From: Balanoglossus misakiensis
Taxonomy: Eukaryota; Animalia; Hemichordata
NCBI GenBank assembly: GCA_040954595.2
Contig: CM082581.2
Coordinates: forward strand, 12,907,921 to 12,971,920
DNA length: 64,000 nt
Direction: 5' to 3'
The notes beneath the pieces are model-generated. The model made no database searches, was not told where the DNA came from, and saw nothing but the letters and a program-made list of their open reading frames with translations. The position numbers and the translations under genes were made by a program. This document shows, one piece after another, positions 13,269-26,669 of the stretch. The first letter of the stretch is position 1. Every line of letters starts with the position of its first letter.

Positions 13269-13776
13269 ATGCAAAACCAAACATGAACCACAGAGTATGT
13301 GCATGTCATTCTCTCCTCTCAATGTTGCCGAACTACATTCTAGTACTAAGGTTTCAACACATATTATAAGTTGATAACCATTATACATGTACTTGATATC
13401 GCTCAGTATGAGATCTTAAGATCCATATCTGTAGCAAAATATCATGAAATTTGTTCGGCAACATTATAGGAGAGAATGACGTGCACGTACCCCGTGTAAA
13501 ATATTCGCAAAAACATGACATTTAACGAGAGGTACAAACATGATGGGCTTATAATGCCCCACCTACCTGAAACAGCAAGATCAAATCTGAACGATGTTCC
13601 CAGTCAACAAGTCATATTTCCCAGATTCCGGTTTTCAACCTGGTAATCAAATAACATTGGAAGTGTTTGTTAAAGGACTAATTGTATTTAGGTATAAGGA
13701 TTTATATCACCTATGGGAGTTATCACAATCGCTTAAAGGAATACCAGCCCACATTAGTGTTACACATTCCAGCACT

Positions 13777-13821
13777 ACACACAGACAGACAAGGTCACGG
13801 ACACACACAGACAGACACACA
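13777..13821. repeat. Mixed (CA)n/(CAGA)n simple repeat
   Basis: acacacagacagaca...acacacacagacagacacaca. Confidence 0.75.
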
Positions 13822-15229
13822 TGCTGCAACAGAAAATGGTATAACACGGGAGCTTTAAAGAGAGACTCCGCCGGTTCAGCAGAAAGACCCCGTCTCCGCA
13901 ATCGAACTTAGCTATCTCTGCTGACTTTAAGAAGCCTGATACATGTAAATGCCACTTCTCCCAAAGCTAAGCAATCTAAAATAAATCAAAATCTCAGTAG
14001 CTGTATCTTTTCACATTATGTTGCTGCTTTTAGTTTCAATCCAATATTATATCACGTTACTTACTCCCGAGAGATACGTATCTCCTTTCATTGTTACTTT
14101 TGCCCATGCAAGTAATGCAATGCGAATGATAGCGTCATGTATGGGTGCACCCACAAATATTGCAGTCAAGGCACAGTTCTCCCACAAAATATGCGCGTTC
14201 TCAGCCAATAAAATATAAATTGCCAGGCAAGTTTAATTCCTTTGGTAGAAAACTGTCTAATGCAGGGTGTATATCAAAATGGCCTTTTAAGAGTGATTAG
14301 CTGGCCCATGGAGCTGGGTATTGGTTTCATGTGAATTAAAGAATAATGCCTTGTGCCGATGGAACAGCGCGAGTCCTTGATTATTTCATTATTAATCTGA
14401 CGATATGGAAACCATTCTATAAACTTGCTCTTAATAAATGTGATACCTGGTTTAGCAACCATTGTATTATGTTAAAAGAACTACATTAGAAATTCCTTTC
14501 ATTCACGTATTATATTTGTAGTTTTGCTAGATATTCGCAGTTGCTGACGTTGGGCTTATTTTCCTTCCATTTCTCCCCAAGTCATGCATTTTGCATTGCT
14601 AAATGACTTTTATCAGTCAATATATATATGACTATAGAGTATGAAAATGGGGAGGTAAAATGAGCGTTCTCACCGATTCGTGTATTGAGCAACGTAATCA
14701 CTTGAATTCCACAGAAAGAAAAATGCAGTAGATTAGGCAATTGACACCTTGCATTCTTTGACCAAATATAACATTCGTCTTACTTAGGTCGCCAAACAGC
14801 CAGGGATATTTGTGAGTGGCGATCCAGTTACCATGGACACCGTTTACGAATACATGTCCTATATGCTCTATTGTCTATGGTTCTCTTATTCAAACTTTTA
14901 GCGCTGAACTATACAATGTAGTTCGCCTATAGGTGATCCCCAAGAACATAATTGCAGGTGAGTCAAGGAAAGTTTCACACATCAGTCTTTTGTGTTGAGG
15001 GAAATGTTGGAAACTGTTTAACTCTAAGCCTTTTTCATCGACCAAAATCCCACTAGGAATTCCGAAGAAGATAATGGTTCCGGGATCTGCTCGTGACAAT
15101 ACGTGAGATTTGTGAGACGGAAGGCCCCTTGCAGTCAAACTGACACAGCGAACGTGATAGACAGGAAATCAAATTGCTCTGCGTATTTCCTCCCGGGGAC
15201 AGGCAGCCCATACATGCTGGACGTGACAT

Positions 15230-15313
15230 GGGGTGGGTGGAGTGGTGTGTGGGTGGGTTGGGATGTGATGTGGTGCGGTGTTACAATGAAACTGGCGTGA
15301 GGGGGTGGTGGGG
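15230..15313 (+). repeat. G/T-rich low-complexity tract with multiple G3+ runs
   Basis: ggggtgggtggagtggtgtgtgggtgggttggg...gggggtggtgggg. Confidence 0.7.
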
Positions 15314-17314
15314 TTTGTAAAATCGGGACCTCCATTTGCTTAATTCCCGTTGGCCAGACCAGAGCTGTGTACAAGCAGCGATAACTTGTCTTGCATTTCA
15401 CTTTATACATGCATACATGTACAGTACATGATTGAAAATATTAAGTGATCGACTGAATGTCCGTAGAATGGGTTGCTGATGTGTGTCCTAATATGGGTCA
15501 TCGGAACCACTGCATGAGAGCAGGTGACTCTTTCTTAAAGCAGGAAAAGGTGGGGAAAATGTCAGAGTATTCTAATTCATGGATAAATTTCAAGGATAAC
15601 TCTTTGAGGCATGCAATTAAACATTGTAGAGCGCTTGCAGTCAGGAACATGAACGGAAATTAACCTGTGCCCTGCATGCATTTGATCGTAGCAGAAATGT
15701 TCCATGCTTACCCAACGTTGGTTATTTGGTTCGACCTTTGGCCGTGTGTGTTGATGGATCTTCGAATAACAAATTTGATAATGCGCCTGACAAATGCATA
15801 TTTGTTATTGTGGGGGATTTTTTCCATCTTCTAATTCTAAGGGAAATTAGTTCCAAAACAGATTCAGATTAGCAATAAGCAGTAATACAAATTCGCTATA
15901 GGTACATGTACGTTCATTTACAGCTACAATTGAGATTAACGATTTCATTTCTGAGTGAGTTTAATCAAAGGTCGTTAACGGTACAAAGCAATCGCCCGCT
16001 GACACTGACCAGAGCAAGCACCAGAAACAAACGCAGAATTTTAATCTGGAAAACACAAGATTTCAGGTGTTTACATTATAAGGTGTTCAAATGTCCTGAG
16101 CCTAATGGATTGAATTTGTACACACCAAGGTAAAGGAACCGTCAAATCAGCGAAAACGTCACTTGGGGCCGTGAAATTGTCAGGATGAAGGCACCGCAGG
16201 AAAAGCAGTTTGAACGAAAACGTGAAATTGATCACCTTTGTTTCTTTGATACGTCACTCAAACCAAATGTGTTTTGACGAAGAGAAACCTCAGTAGAGGC
16301 AGCTGACATGATAAAATTCATATGGAGGCAGATGCGAACGTGAACTCTTATCGATCCATAAGAACTACGTGTCCGCTCAACGCCCCCATGCGTGTAAATC
16401 TGAGACCACAGAAGAAAACAACATTTCTTTCTACCGCAATAAACCATATTGAAAAATAGGAAAACATTCCAGCACAGTAGATAAATGATGATTACAGGAA
16501 GGAAACAAAATGACTAAAGAGTTCAGGCGAAGATTTGCGACTGATGTACGCTTTGGGTTGAACTACACCGAACGCAATTATCACCTCTGTTGAATCGAAC
16601 AAATTTCACGTCAGTGGGCTTCCGTTTACGTATGGCAGGCGACTTGCTGGCACAATAAATCTAACTACACGATTCGCTGACCCGTGCAAGAGACTTTTCT
16701 CAGGATAAATGTTTGTCTCCATCAATTCATCCATGCTTTTTGTGTCTGTGTTTGGATTCACCATTTCATGGAAGGCTTCTCTTGATTATCGTTAACAGCT
16801 TTAAGACGAAAATAACTTTATGCATTTTTCTAATGACATATTGGTAGTTTATCACCACAATACCACCAAATGCCTGTGCCTGTTATAGGTTATTCGTCGT
16901 CCTTAAAAGTTTGGTAAGATTTAGTGATTCAACTGTTTGGAATGAAGTCTAGCAAAGTTGAGATGATCCTGTCAAGCAACGGAGAGACGGTGTATAACAG
17001 AGGTCAATTCAAACCTCACGTTTCTCCACTCTGGCTGCATGGCAGATCAGAAAACCGCTCGCTGGGACATGACTTTTTCGACGAAAACCCAGTCACTTAG
17101 CACTTAGCAACGAGTTTTCAACATGCAAACATCACGACATTGGAAGGCAGAACAGACGCAGGGCTATGTAACAATGGATGCTTCAGGGTAATAGCTGTGT
17201 CATTCGACCGAATATCACGACTTGCTCGGTCTACTATTCATTATATAGCTGTGCTGCAAGATGAATTTCATCCGGAGAGCTAATATAATACTAATATCGA
17301 AGGTTACTGAATAA

Positions 17315-17348
17315 TAGTTGAAATCACTGACTAGTTGAAATCACTCAC
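17315..17348. repeat. 17-bp tandem duplication
   Basis: tagttgaaatcactgac followed by tagttgaaatcactcac (1 mismatch). Confidence 0.8.
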
Positions 17349-17623
17349 TGCAGAGCACGAAAGGCGTTTTTGGAGAAAAATAGCCCTGCAGCAACTTACA
17401 AAGGTCACGGGATATGTAAAAGAAGGCCCCGAAGCCTAGAAATGGCTTCCAGCACATTTAGTTACCATTGTCAGTCGAACTTTCATTTGGACTACTTAGG
17501 GAAAGGAATACTACAGGCATTGAAAATGTGTAGTTACAAAGTAGTTGTATTTTATACTGAATATATCGATTTAGACTAAGTGCATAGTGATTTTATACTG
17601 GTAATGAACAACACGAATGTCTG

Positions 17624-18235
17624 CATGTATGTATGTATGTATGTATGTATGTATGTATGTATGTATGTATGTACGGTATGTATGTATGTATGTATGTATG
17701 TATGAATGAATGTACGTATGAATGTATGTACATAGGTACGTATGTATGTATGTATGTATGTATGTATGCATGTATGTATGTATGAACGTATGAATGTATG
17801 TATGTATGTATGTATGTACGTACGTATGTATGTATGTATGTATGTATGTATGTATGTATGTATGTATGTATGTATGTATGTATGTATGAACGTATGAATG
17901 TACGTATGTATGTATGTATGTATGTATGTATGTATGTATGTATGTATGTATGTATGTATGAACGTATGAATGTACGTATGTATGTATGTATGTATGTACG
18001 TATGTATGTATGTACGTACGTATGTATGTATGTATGTATGTTGTATGTATGTATGTATGTATGAACGTATGAATGTACGTATGTATGTATGTATGTATGT
18101 ATGTATGTATGTATGTATGTATGTATGTATGAACGTATGAATGTACGTATGTACATATGTACGTATGTATGTATGTATGTATGTATGTATGTATGTATGT
18201 ATGTATGTATGCATGTATGTATGCATGCATGTATG
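17624..18235. repeat. 612-bp (TATG)n satellite with recurring variant units
   Basis: About 150 tetramer units, mostly TATG, with TACG, AATG, AACG and CATG variants. A 1-bp deletion near 18041 (tatg-ttg-tatg) shifts the phase. Confidence 0.98.
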
Positions 18236-18561
18236 AAAACCTGTCCATATGAAAAAGGCATGCATTTGTTCATTATTTTATATGCTAAGCCTTTTTTTCT
18301 GAGCTCAAAATACACTGAATCACCCCATCAATATGGTAATATAGTTCACTCTCAGTAAAGAGGAAGTGCACGACCGCTCTGATGTTATCGTATTACGACA
18401 GACATCTTCCGACTACTTTGGTCAGAGATGGTCGGAGATGAGATACTGATCGACTCGGCGCGGGCTGCACAGCTCACGATCAATGAACTTCGTGCCCCGA
18501 TGACGTGAACATGTCAGGTGGCAGTGGTCTGTGAAGTAAAGGCTCATCTCCAGAGAACATG

Positions 18562-18753
18562 TACGCGCCTCGGCAGGGGACAGATTTTTCAGAAAAATGA
18601 TAGTCCACCAAATCTTTCCGTCTTTCTTCATATTAAAGTGTGAACAGAGTGGTATTGGAAACAGAGAAGAAAAAGAGGGGTTCAGTGTTTTAAGAGAAAA
18701 TAGTCTAAAGTTTCTTTGAGAAAGGTTTAACACTTTGATTTTCAAGGCACATA
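18562..18753 (+). mobile_element. Degenerate non-autonomous DNA transposon (MITE-like), internally deleted copy
   Basis: Left end tacgcgcctcgg (18562-73) matches the reverse complement of the right end, tatgtgccttga (18742-53), at 8/12, with 3 of the 4 mismatches being C>T at CpG. The first ~110 bp align by eye to a second copy at 21241 (cgcctc...agatttt(t)cag(g)aaaaatgata.t.c.ccaaatctttc...agtgtg...gagtg.t.ttg.aaaca.ag.ag). Confidence 0.6.
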
Positions 18754-21240
18754 GGAGTTTATATCTTTGTAGGTCATGATGGAGATAAGTCCCTACTACC
18801 CTCTTCGGTTACAGTTGCCCAACAATTTCCGAGAAGAGACACAGAGAGACCGTTTCACAGAAAAACCAAAGGGGTGATGCTTCTGGATTGAGCAAGCATG
18901 AAAAAAATGATAGGAAATCTATGTAACCCATGTTGTGATGAATTAATAAACAACTATTGCAGGTGACGTAGGTTAGCAACTGACCCTTACAGACAGAGTG
19001 AGATCTCCCAATGAAATTCAGACATTGAGCGCATTTGCACTGGTGATTTGAACAGCTTTTTGACAATGGTCCCCTTTGTGATAATCACTCTTTAACCGCG
19101 AGACACATATTAACCTTTGGTGGAAATTGCGTTTTCTCTACCTTCATGTCCCGGGGACACGTCTTATTGATGTTCCCACGGAAATGTCAGATGCATTAGA
19201 TATGCAAAAAGCGATTCATCTGTGTTCATCCTTCGCATATATATTATAAGATACCTGCAAGTGTTCCCCTATCCACGTTTTTTGCTTCGTTCCACTTAAC
19301 CTATTTCCCATGACACCTTTTGTGATTTTAACATTTTATTTTTGCGATATTATTGAATGATCTTAGGTGTTTTCTGTGAACCAGAAGAAAATCGATAGCA
19401 GGCCTTCAACTTTCAGATGATCACTGCTAATGGGGTGACTGTAACATACCGCGTCGAAGTATATCGATTAGAATATAATTCGTGCCGTTGTTAAAGTGTA
19501 TTGTGGGTAATTATAATTTGTAAACGGTAATCAACGAATGAGAATTCTGTACCATGTCAAGGCTTCTGTGTTTTTATAGTTTGTTGCCAGATGTTGTGGT
19601 CAGTTTGCATCTCAAATGCCAGATTTTGTAAAGTAAGCAGCTAGCTAGCTATAGCTAGTTCGGCGAATGAATCGTAGAAAAGAAAGAAGAAAAAATTAAA
19701 ACATTTTTTTAGCAGAAACGTTTTGGTAATTTCAGTCTATTTGTTCAGGTTGTGTCAACTGCAGTTTTTGCTCAACCGACCGACCGACCATGCAATCATT
19801 CAAATATGAGTTTTTAAGAAAAAACAGTGCTATTCCTTGATGCAATGTTTTAGTATTTTAGGGAGTTAACCTGTATTTAATTGCACTCGATTAATACAGC
19901 ATGGTTTGCGGGCTGTCTGGCGTCAATGTTTCTAGGATACGCGCGTCTCAAACATCTTAATGAAACACGTAATGGAATACTTCGTGAAACTGTAAAACAG
20001 TACAGTCAAGGCGTTTCAGAAACATCAACCAAACATGGATAATTTAGGTTCAGCGATTGAATTTGTTTCAGTCATTCGTATCCTGACAACGACCTGTTTT
20101 GCTGGCGTGCCAAGCTTATGTAAGAGAACGCATTAAAACAGTTGCCCTGATAAGATGAAGGGACGCGATAAGTAGTACTGGCGCGAAAAGCGATCAGTTC
20201 TAGGCCAGAATAGTTTCATGCTTGAGCTGTGTCATTAGGTTTAGTGCCAGGTTGGTATAGTTTCATGTCGATTAATAAAAAACACAGGTACATAAAGATA
20301 TGGACTCAACAAATGTGATACTACAGTCCATGCAAATCTCAGACCGCGCAAATCTATGAACCATCTGAAAAAGTGTATGAACAGATATTACAAGAAACCC
20401 CAAACCCGGGACACTCTTGAATCTCAAAGTAATAAACTTAGTCGGTCAGTTTTTGACATGTTTCATAGTTATCTTCATGCCTTGGGCTAAGCACAAAGAA
20501 TATTGATGAGCAGATTTGGATCATACATGTGGACAGGATTTTGACGAGGCCACAGATTACAAAAAGGAGGGTAGGTTTTAAAGGTCTCATTAAATATGGT
20601 GCTGACTTAACCGGAGATGCACAGTCTTGGCAGGGTTTATTTACTGATTTCACAATTTGAATTACATGGCACTCTACAATTTTTAAACTTAAGATAAAGA
20701 TCCTCTCTCTTGCTGCTGACATATTCATGAAAAAACATTATTGCGTTCTTGTTAATCTAAAATTGAATTTCTTGCTTTATTTCGAACTATGGTTTTACAC
20801 AAATTTAATATGTGACCATAGTATTATTGTGCAAGGCTTGCTATTTGCAGATATCCATATACACTGAGATTTAATGTAATTCAACTGGGCTCGATGTGAT
20901 TTTAATCATTTTTTCAACGGTGGATTTTCAATCACTGTCATTCGAGAACTATCAATAAAGTCTCACAAAATAACCTTTTTCAATGTTAGCTCACGTTCGA
21001 TGTGACACTAACTTTTTGTAAGCGACACCTACTCTCGAATTTAATTTGTCACTGGTAATAACACAATTTACATCAATTAGACCATATGCCAAAACTGACT
21101 GCACTCAACCAATCTTCACAGTTTCATACACAGGTTTCATTTTGCTGAAGGTGTTATATGCTATAATACCATGCCTTGCGCGTCAACAAATTGGAACACT
21201 TTTATTTTTTAATAAGGGCCACATCAATGACCAATCAATG

Positions 21241-21460
21241 TAGAACTCGCCTCAAGGAAAGATTTTCAGGAAAAAAAATGATAATACTCCAAATCTTTCA
21301 ATTACTTGCTACATAAGAGTGTGTGGAGTGTTTTGAAAACAAAGTAGGGTGTCCACTGTCTTGTTTCATAAAAATTGCCAATTTCAATTTTCTCCAAAGA
21401 GGTAACAGAAATTGGCGGCCTTTTAAATTTCAAATTTTGGTGCACATTTCAAGCACCCCC
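21241..21460 (+). mobile_element. Second, 3'-truncated copy of the 18562 repeat family
   Basis: tagaactcgcctcaaggaaagattttcaggaaaaaaaatgataatactccaaatctttc is co-linear with 18562-18618. The 3' boundary is approximate; it runs into a poly-C tract at ~21456-21474. Confidence 0.55.
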
Positions 21461-22734
21461 CCCCCCCACCCCCCAACTGAACACAGCCCAAAGCGATCCT
21501 TTAATCATTAGCCAAATATCACATGCAATTTTAACAATATTGATGGATTGGTTGTTTGTGACATCCTCAGTATTGATATAATGAATTATTGAAATTAGGC
21601 ATTTTAATTAAACCCACTGCACTGATAGCTATAAAGTCATACTTAATCACGCCAGTTCTATGACGGATATATCAATGTAAATTATGAACTCTTCCACACA
21701 GTTCAATGGACTGGTGATAATCAGCAACATCCAAATATGATTCAGGGAAATTGATTATGGTTCGGGTATACATCGATCACAGTAAGGTTTAATTAAGTGG
21801 ACGATTTGGTTAATTTGAAATATAACTTTATATAATAATTTCCACCCACATAGGACAGAATATTGTACTATAATCATTTATCAAAAACTACACGACTGAA
21901 TCAGGTGTCAGATATTCACAATATGTATCCTTTTTGCATTCATTTTTGCAAATGGTGCCCACTTATGATCCATACTTGAATCTTTCTGTTAATATTAAGT
22001 TCTTATGTTTAATCATTTAATGTAAGACGTTGTGCATACTGATGTTCAGGGAGAGTATAAGACATTTTCATTACAAGTGCGGTGGGTACGTGTGCAAGAC
22101 TGTGACTGTTGTCACCCATAGTTAGTTTGCAACCTTTTTTTGCGGTCGCTGGATGGGTTCCCCACACGGTTTGACATTCGAGGCTGAAGCCCCTGCACAT
22201 ACATGTACACAGCAATTAAGTGTTGTCCGTTGACACAGAACTGTCGCCATGTAAAACCACATAAGAGGGAGAACTTCTGACAGCCGATGGCAGACGCCAC
22301 CAGTGCCCTTGTACATCTCCATGTCTGGGCGGGTAATTCATCGCAACATAAATCCATTGTAGTTCAGGATCTTCTCTTTATCAGCGAGTGAGATTATCAT
22401 GATAATCTTGCTCGCTGAAGCAACAGGCAATTCATAATGATCGACAGTAGTCTGCAACTGTTATCATTAGGCTGGCATTATGTACTGTTCTTTTATCGAT
22501 TGTGTCGGAAATACATCAATAAATACACTGAAGATCAAAGACTATTGATGCCGCCAATATGGTCTCTGTGTCATGTACATAATATGATGTTATGAATTCT
22601 GTTCGCTGATAAGCTATTTGGAGTCGCCATTAAAAAAGATTTAGTCTGATGTTAACTTTTGAATATTTCTACAAGTAGGAAGACACGGTCACAGTGTTAC
22701 GTACAAACTCGTCGGATCTATGCGGACACTATCG

Positions 22735-22786
22735 TCTCTCTATCTATCCCCCTCTCTCTCTCCTCTCCTCTCTCTGTCCCCCTCTC
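22735..22786. repeat. CT-rich simple repeat
   Basis: tctctctatctatccccctctctctctcctctcctctctctgtcccccctctc-type tract. Confidence 0.75.
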
Positions 22787-25700
22787 ATCAATGTGTACTT
22801 TAAGTGACTGATCGAAATATCGCGAAAGGATGGGTTCCATATATACTATTTAACACCACATTTTCACAACAAATTGGGCAGTATTATCTCCAGTTTTCAC
22901 TCGTGGCCAGCATGTACTCTGATTTGGATTTGTTGTTAGTTTACACGTATTACTCTGTATTTCATCAGCGTGTGATTTCCCCTGCGGTGTAGAACATAAC
23001 CTGAATCAAGAGTTATTACTTTGAACGTTAACGCTTTATCGGTACAAGACGTGGTTTGTTTGTACTGTAAAAGTAATTTCTCTTCAGTCGCCGCGTCAAA
23101 TCTGATGCTCATGTATGATCAGACTATTTCGATATTTATCTACATGTAGGATACCTGTTCCTATATGTTTGTAAAGAATACTCAGATTTTGTCCAAGGAT
23201 CATTTGGTCGATATTTCACGAGATATATTGATCACTGTTGTCCAATGTCTGACTAATTTGTTGGTTTTAATGAACGATGTCGTTAAAGCTTCTCAACGCA
23301 ATAACTTTTAGCCTCGATCTCGACATTACACAACAAGAAAACCGGAGACGGATCATGTGATATTCCTGCCATTATAGGTCCTTGTTAAATAATCACTAAA
23401 GTTGCAATCATGGTACTCATTTCCCAATGTACGACAAAACCCAAATCAGTCACAGTTACATGCCCCTGTTCTCCCGAATGTGTTAATGGCATGATAGACT
23501 GCCATAATAATGGTTGTGCCGTGCCCGTATACTGGCTGTCAAACAATGTCAACAATCAAACACAGGTTTGAATGTCAACAATCTTTTAATATGAGTACGA
23601 TCCCCAAAACATTAATCGAGAAATTGTCCACAAAGGAACATCTATAAACAAAATCCTACAAACGGGCAATGTCCAGAAAACTCAATCGTTAGAGGCCCAG
23701 AGACAAAACTACACACTTCTGAAGCCTCAATAACGAGTAAATTATGCATCAGTAGACATCTCGATGCATCTATTGCTGACGAGCAGTGTCAGAATCAGAA
23801 CTATTGGGACATTCCTGAAGATCTAATGCATAATGAAGGTCGCTCTGAAGGACATTCTAACACTAACAGTCCATGCAAGGCAACTGCTGCCATGGCTGCT
23901 ATTTGCAAAATAAATTTTAATCATTATATAAAATGGTGGGTCAAGATTATTTTATACACAACAAATAAAGGCTGAAGATTGACACATTGAATCTGATCTT
24001 TGGTGCGGTTATCAGTTTTCAAGCTTTCAAGTTCTAAATTTTGAATTCACAGCCATCAAATAGAACAAGGGAATTCTTACAAAGTATGCATCTGAACTTG
24101 TCCTCAGTATGATTTGCTTACTCGAACCCGGTAATAACACCCTTTGCAAAAACAGTCATATTGGTATATGGTATTGCTAGTACCGGTATACTGTTAACAA
24201 TTTTAACTTTGAAAGGAGTTCGATCAGTACCTGGTACAAGACTAACCAACTTCGAGTTGTCAAACCAAATTTGCAGCAGCGAACAGTCGAGTTTGATCAA
24301 TTCGGGGTAATTCTACATTCGGCATTAAACAAATTTAAGCTCTGCCATTAGACGGTAACTACCGGTTTGCCTGTTTGATTGATGCGACAGTAAAGTGGAT
24401 CGGTTCCAAACGTCGTCACATTACTGCCTACGACTTGTCATCAGTCCTTCTAATCGGTTTTATTACACATATACGTTATAATTGTGATGTCAATCTTGAT
24501 TATGGTCTGAGAATAAAATAAAATTAATGCTGATGTTGTGACCGAATGCGGCTGTCTGCTCGAGCATATCTCCGTATGCAGTGAGTACTGCATCTAATAT
24601 TTATGATATTTACACGGAAGTCACGACAAGGGTTGGTTTGACCACGTGTTCACACCTGATCACCAAAATAGTGACATGCGGCATTTATACATAATTAACT
24701 GACTCAGAAGTCATCAACGCCTGGCACATGATGTGCTAATTGATTTTTGCTTGAGTTGCTTCTTTCAACAGTTGAATTTCCACGCGTTAACCAGTCGTGT
24801 AATGAAGTAGACGAAGTCATTCGATGCCATCTTTCGGCGTCGGAATTGCTTTTCAACTCAACGACACTGGCGGTAACACAAACATACCAATAATTCCCGC
24901 TTTTTCTCATTCTACCCATAGAACAGACGTGATTCCCTTTGGCAATGCCCGATCAGAGAACAGTGGGACACTTGATCTGAGAATCAGCCATATGGCACTA
25001 CACATGGCGCTATAAGTCTTAATTGAATCGCGACGGAATGGCTTAATAACCTAAGATCGCTCACAATACATTTCATTTTGCATTGAACTTTTTTTTACGA
25101 TTCCTTGACGTCAACGATATGAATTGCCATGTTTGAAGGTTCTCATATTCGTTTCAAATATCACTCCAAAGTATCATTTGAACTATTGGGCAAAATAAAA
25201 GCACAATGTCGAATGCATTACTTCCCAATTCTCAAAAAATTCTTGTTTTACAACTTTATACCGACAATTCAATTTGGGATCAATGAGGTTGTATAAGCAT
25301 ATGACCCAGAATCCGGAAAGTATCAGATATTGCCTTATTTCAGGTGGTGTACAAAATACCTGTAATTAAAAGTATACTCTTACAGATTAAATATTAGCAT
25401 TTGGCGGGTACCTCCTCACAATGCCATTCCCACCAATTACGCATTTTCTTGGTCCGGTGTCACAGTATATGAGAGATAAATAATCTTGGTTTGTGGATAA
25501 ATTGAATACCGCTATACAGTACAGTACGCCCACACACAGTGTGAGGTGTTGATTCAAATTGCACAGATACATGTGGAACGATAGAATAGCACGCGTTGAG
25601 TCAGACGGCACGGATTTTTAACAACCATGGGCATATTCTGTTTACTACCTAGCATATACACGCATGCCAACAATCAAGCCTACAGCCAAAAAACTTTGAC

Positions 25701-26648
25701 CGTACTTTTGGCCGAGCACTTAGTTTAAACGGCATGCATATACACTGTTTGTACTCTTCTCTGCATACTCATTAACACTGAAACGCTGCCGGTTGCCAGA
25801 GCGACCACAGACCGAGAAGTCAAGTGTATTCTCATTTCGTTGAATGGCCGCCAAGTCAAAAATACATCGCATACATCATTATAGAATAATACCACATACA
25901 CACCGTAATCTTAACGGTGTCAACTCAGTGTATGTAGCAAATTGGTAAAGTTTGCGAGCTATATATCATTGTGCTCGGCTACTATCGAGTGGAAAACGAA
26001 CCGATTAATATCCAAAGGCGGCAAAGTGACGGATTTCCCGGAGCATTCAACCACCACAAGGGATTGAATTGCAAGTATATTGATCAATCAACTTCGGTCT
26101 TCTGTCACGGTAAAAAAATCGAAAAATTGCATTTTATGTTTTTAATGAAGCGTGTCTTGGTCAACACAGAGACTGTGACTAAATTAAACGCCTCAAGTCC
26201 CTCATGACATTTCACATCCACAGTTCGATCCACACAACAATCATAATAAGGTTTCAGGTTGCTAGATAATCGGGAAAAAAGGTGCATTGACTACTGATTA
26301 CAGAAAATGGTGGTGTGTCCCTAACAGAGAAATGATCTATGAATAAAGCAAAATTAAACTTAATTCTCTCTTGTTGATAATCATGCCTAACATGGCAGAG
26401 TGGGTGGGACAAAATCAGACTAAGTTAGTTGACCAAACCCTTTTTTAAGTCACAGCACAGACCCCTTTCAAGTACCGTCGAACTTGGACCAAGTAATTTC
26501 AAGTGGATAAGGCTCTCGCGTAGAAGCTTCAATGGCTAAGAAAATTCCTTCAGAGATTGGGCAGACATTACACGGGCAGTGTTTTAGATGTCACATTTAT
26601 TTTCGTGTTGTCCCGGTTTCATCAAAGCCATCAGTATATATTACAAGC

Positions 26649-26669
26649 GGGGGCGGGGCGGGGACTGGG
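26649..26669 (+). promoter_or_regulatory. Tandem Sp/KLF GC-boxes that also form a canonical G-quadruplex motif
   Basis: GGGGG-C-GGGG-C-GGGG-ACT-GGG: two overlapping GGGGCGGGG boxes, four G-runs with loops of 1, 1 and 3 nt. Confidence 0.45.

Noticed and set aside
17785-18150. Regularly spaced AACGTATGAATGTACG cassettes resembling a CRISPR-like repeat-spacer pattern
   Set aside because: The 'spacers' are just TATG units, the spacing is uneven, there are no cas genes, and the context is eukaryotic.
17571-18358. ORFs of 225-240 aa (IHTY repeats) and the MYVC-repeat ORFs
   Set aside because: They are translations of the (TATG)n/(CATA)n satellite, which lacks stop codons in all frames; no evidence of coding function.
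23617-23975. ~119-codon stop-free + strand frame not in the ORF track
   Set aside because: No early ATG, no clear splice sites and no recognisable motif; the length is within chance expectation for a 64-kb window.
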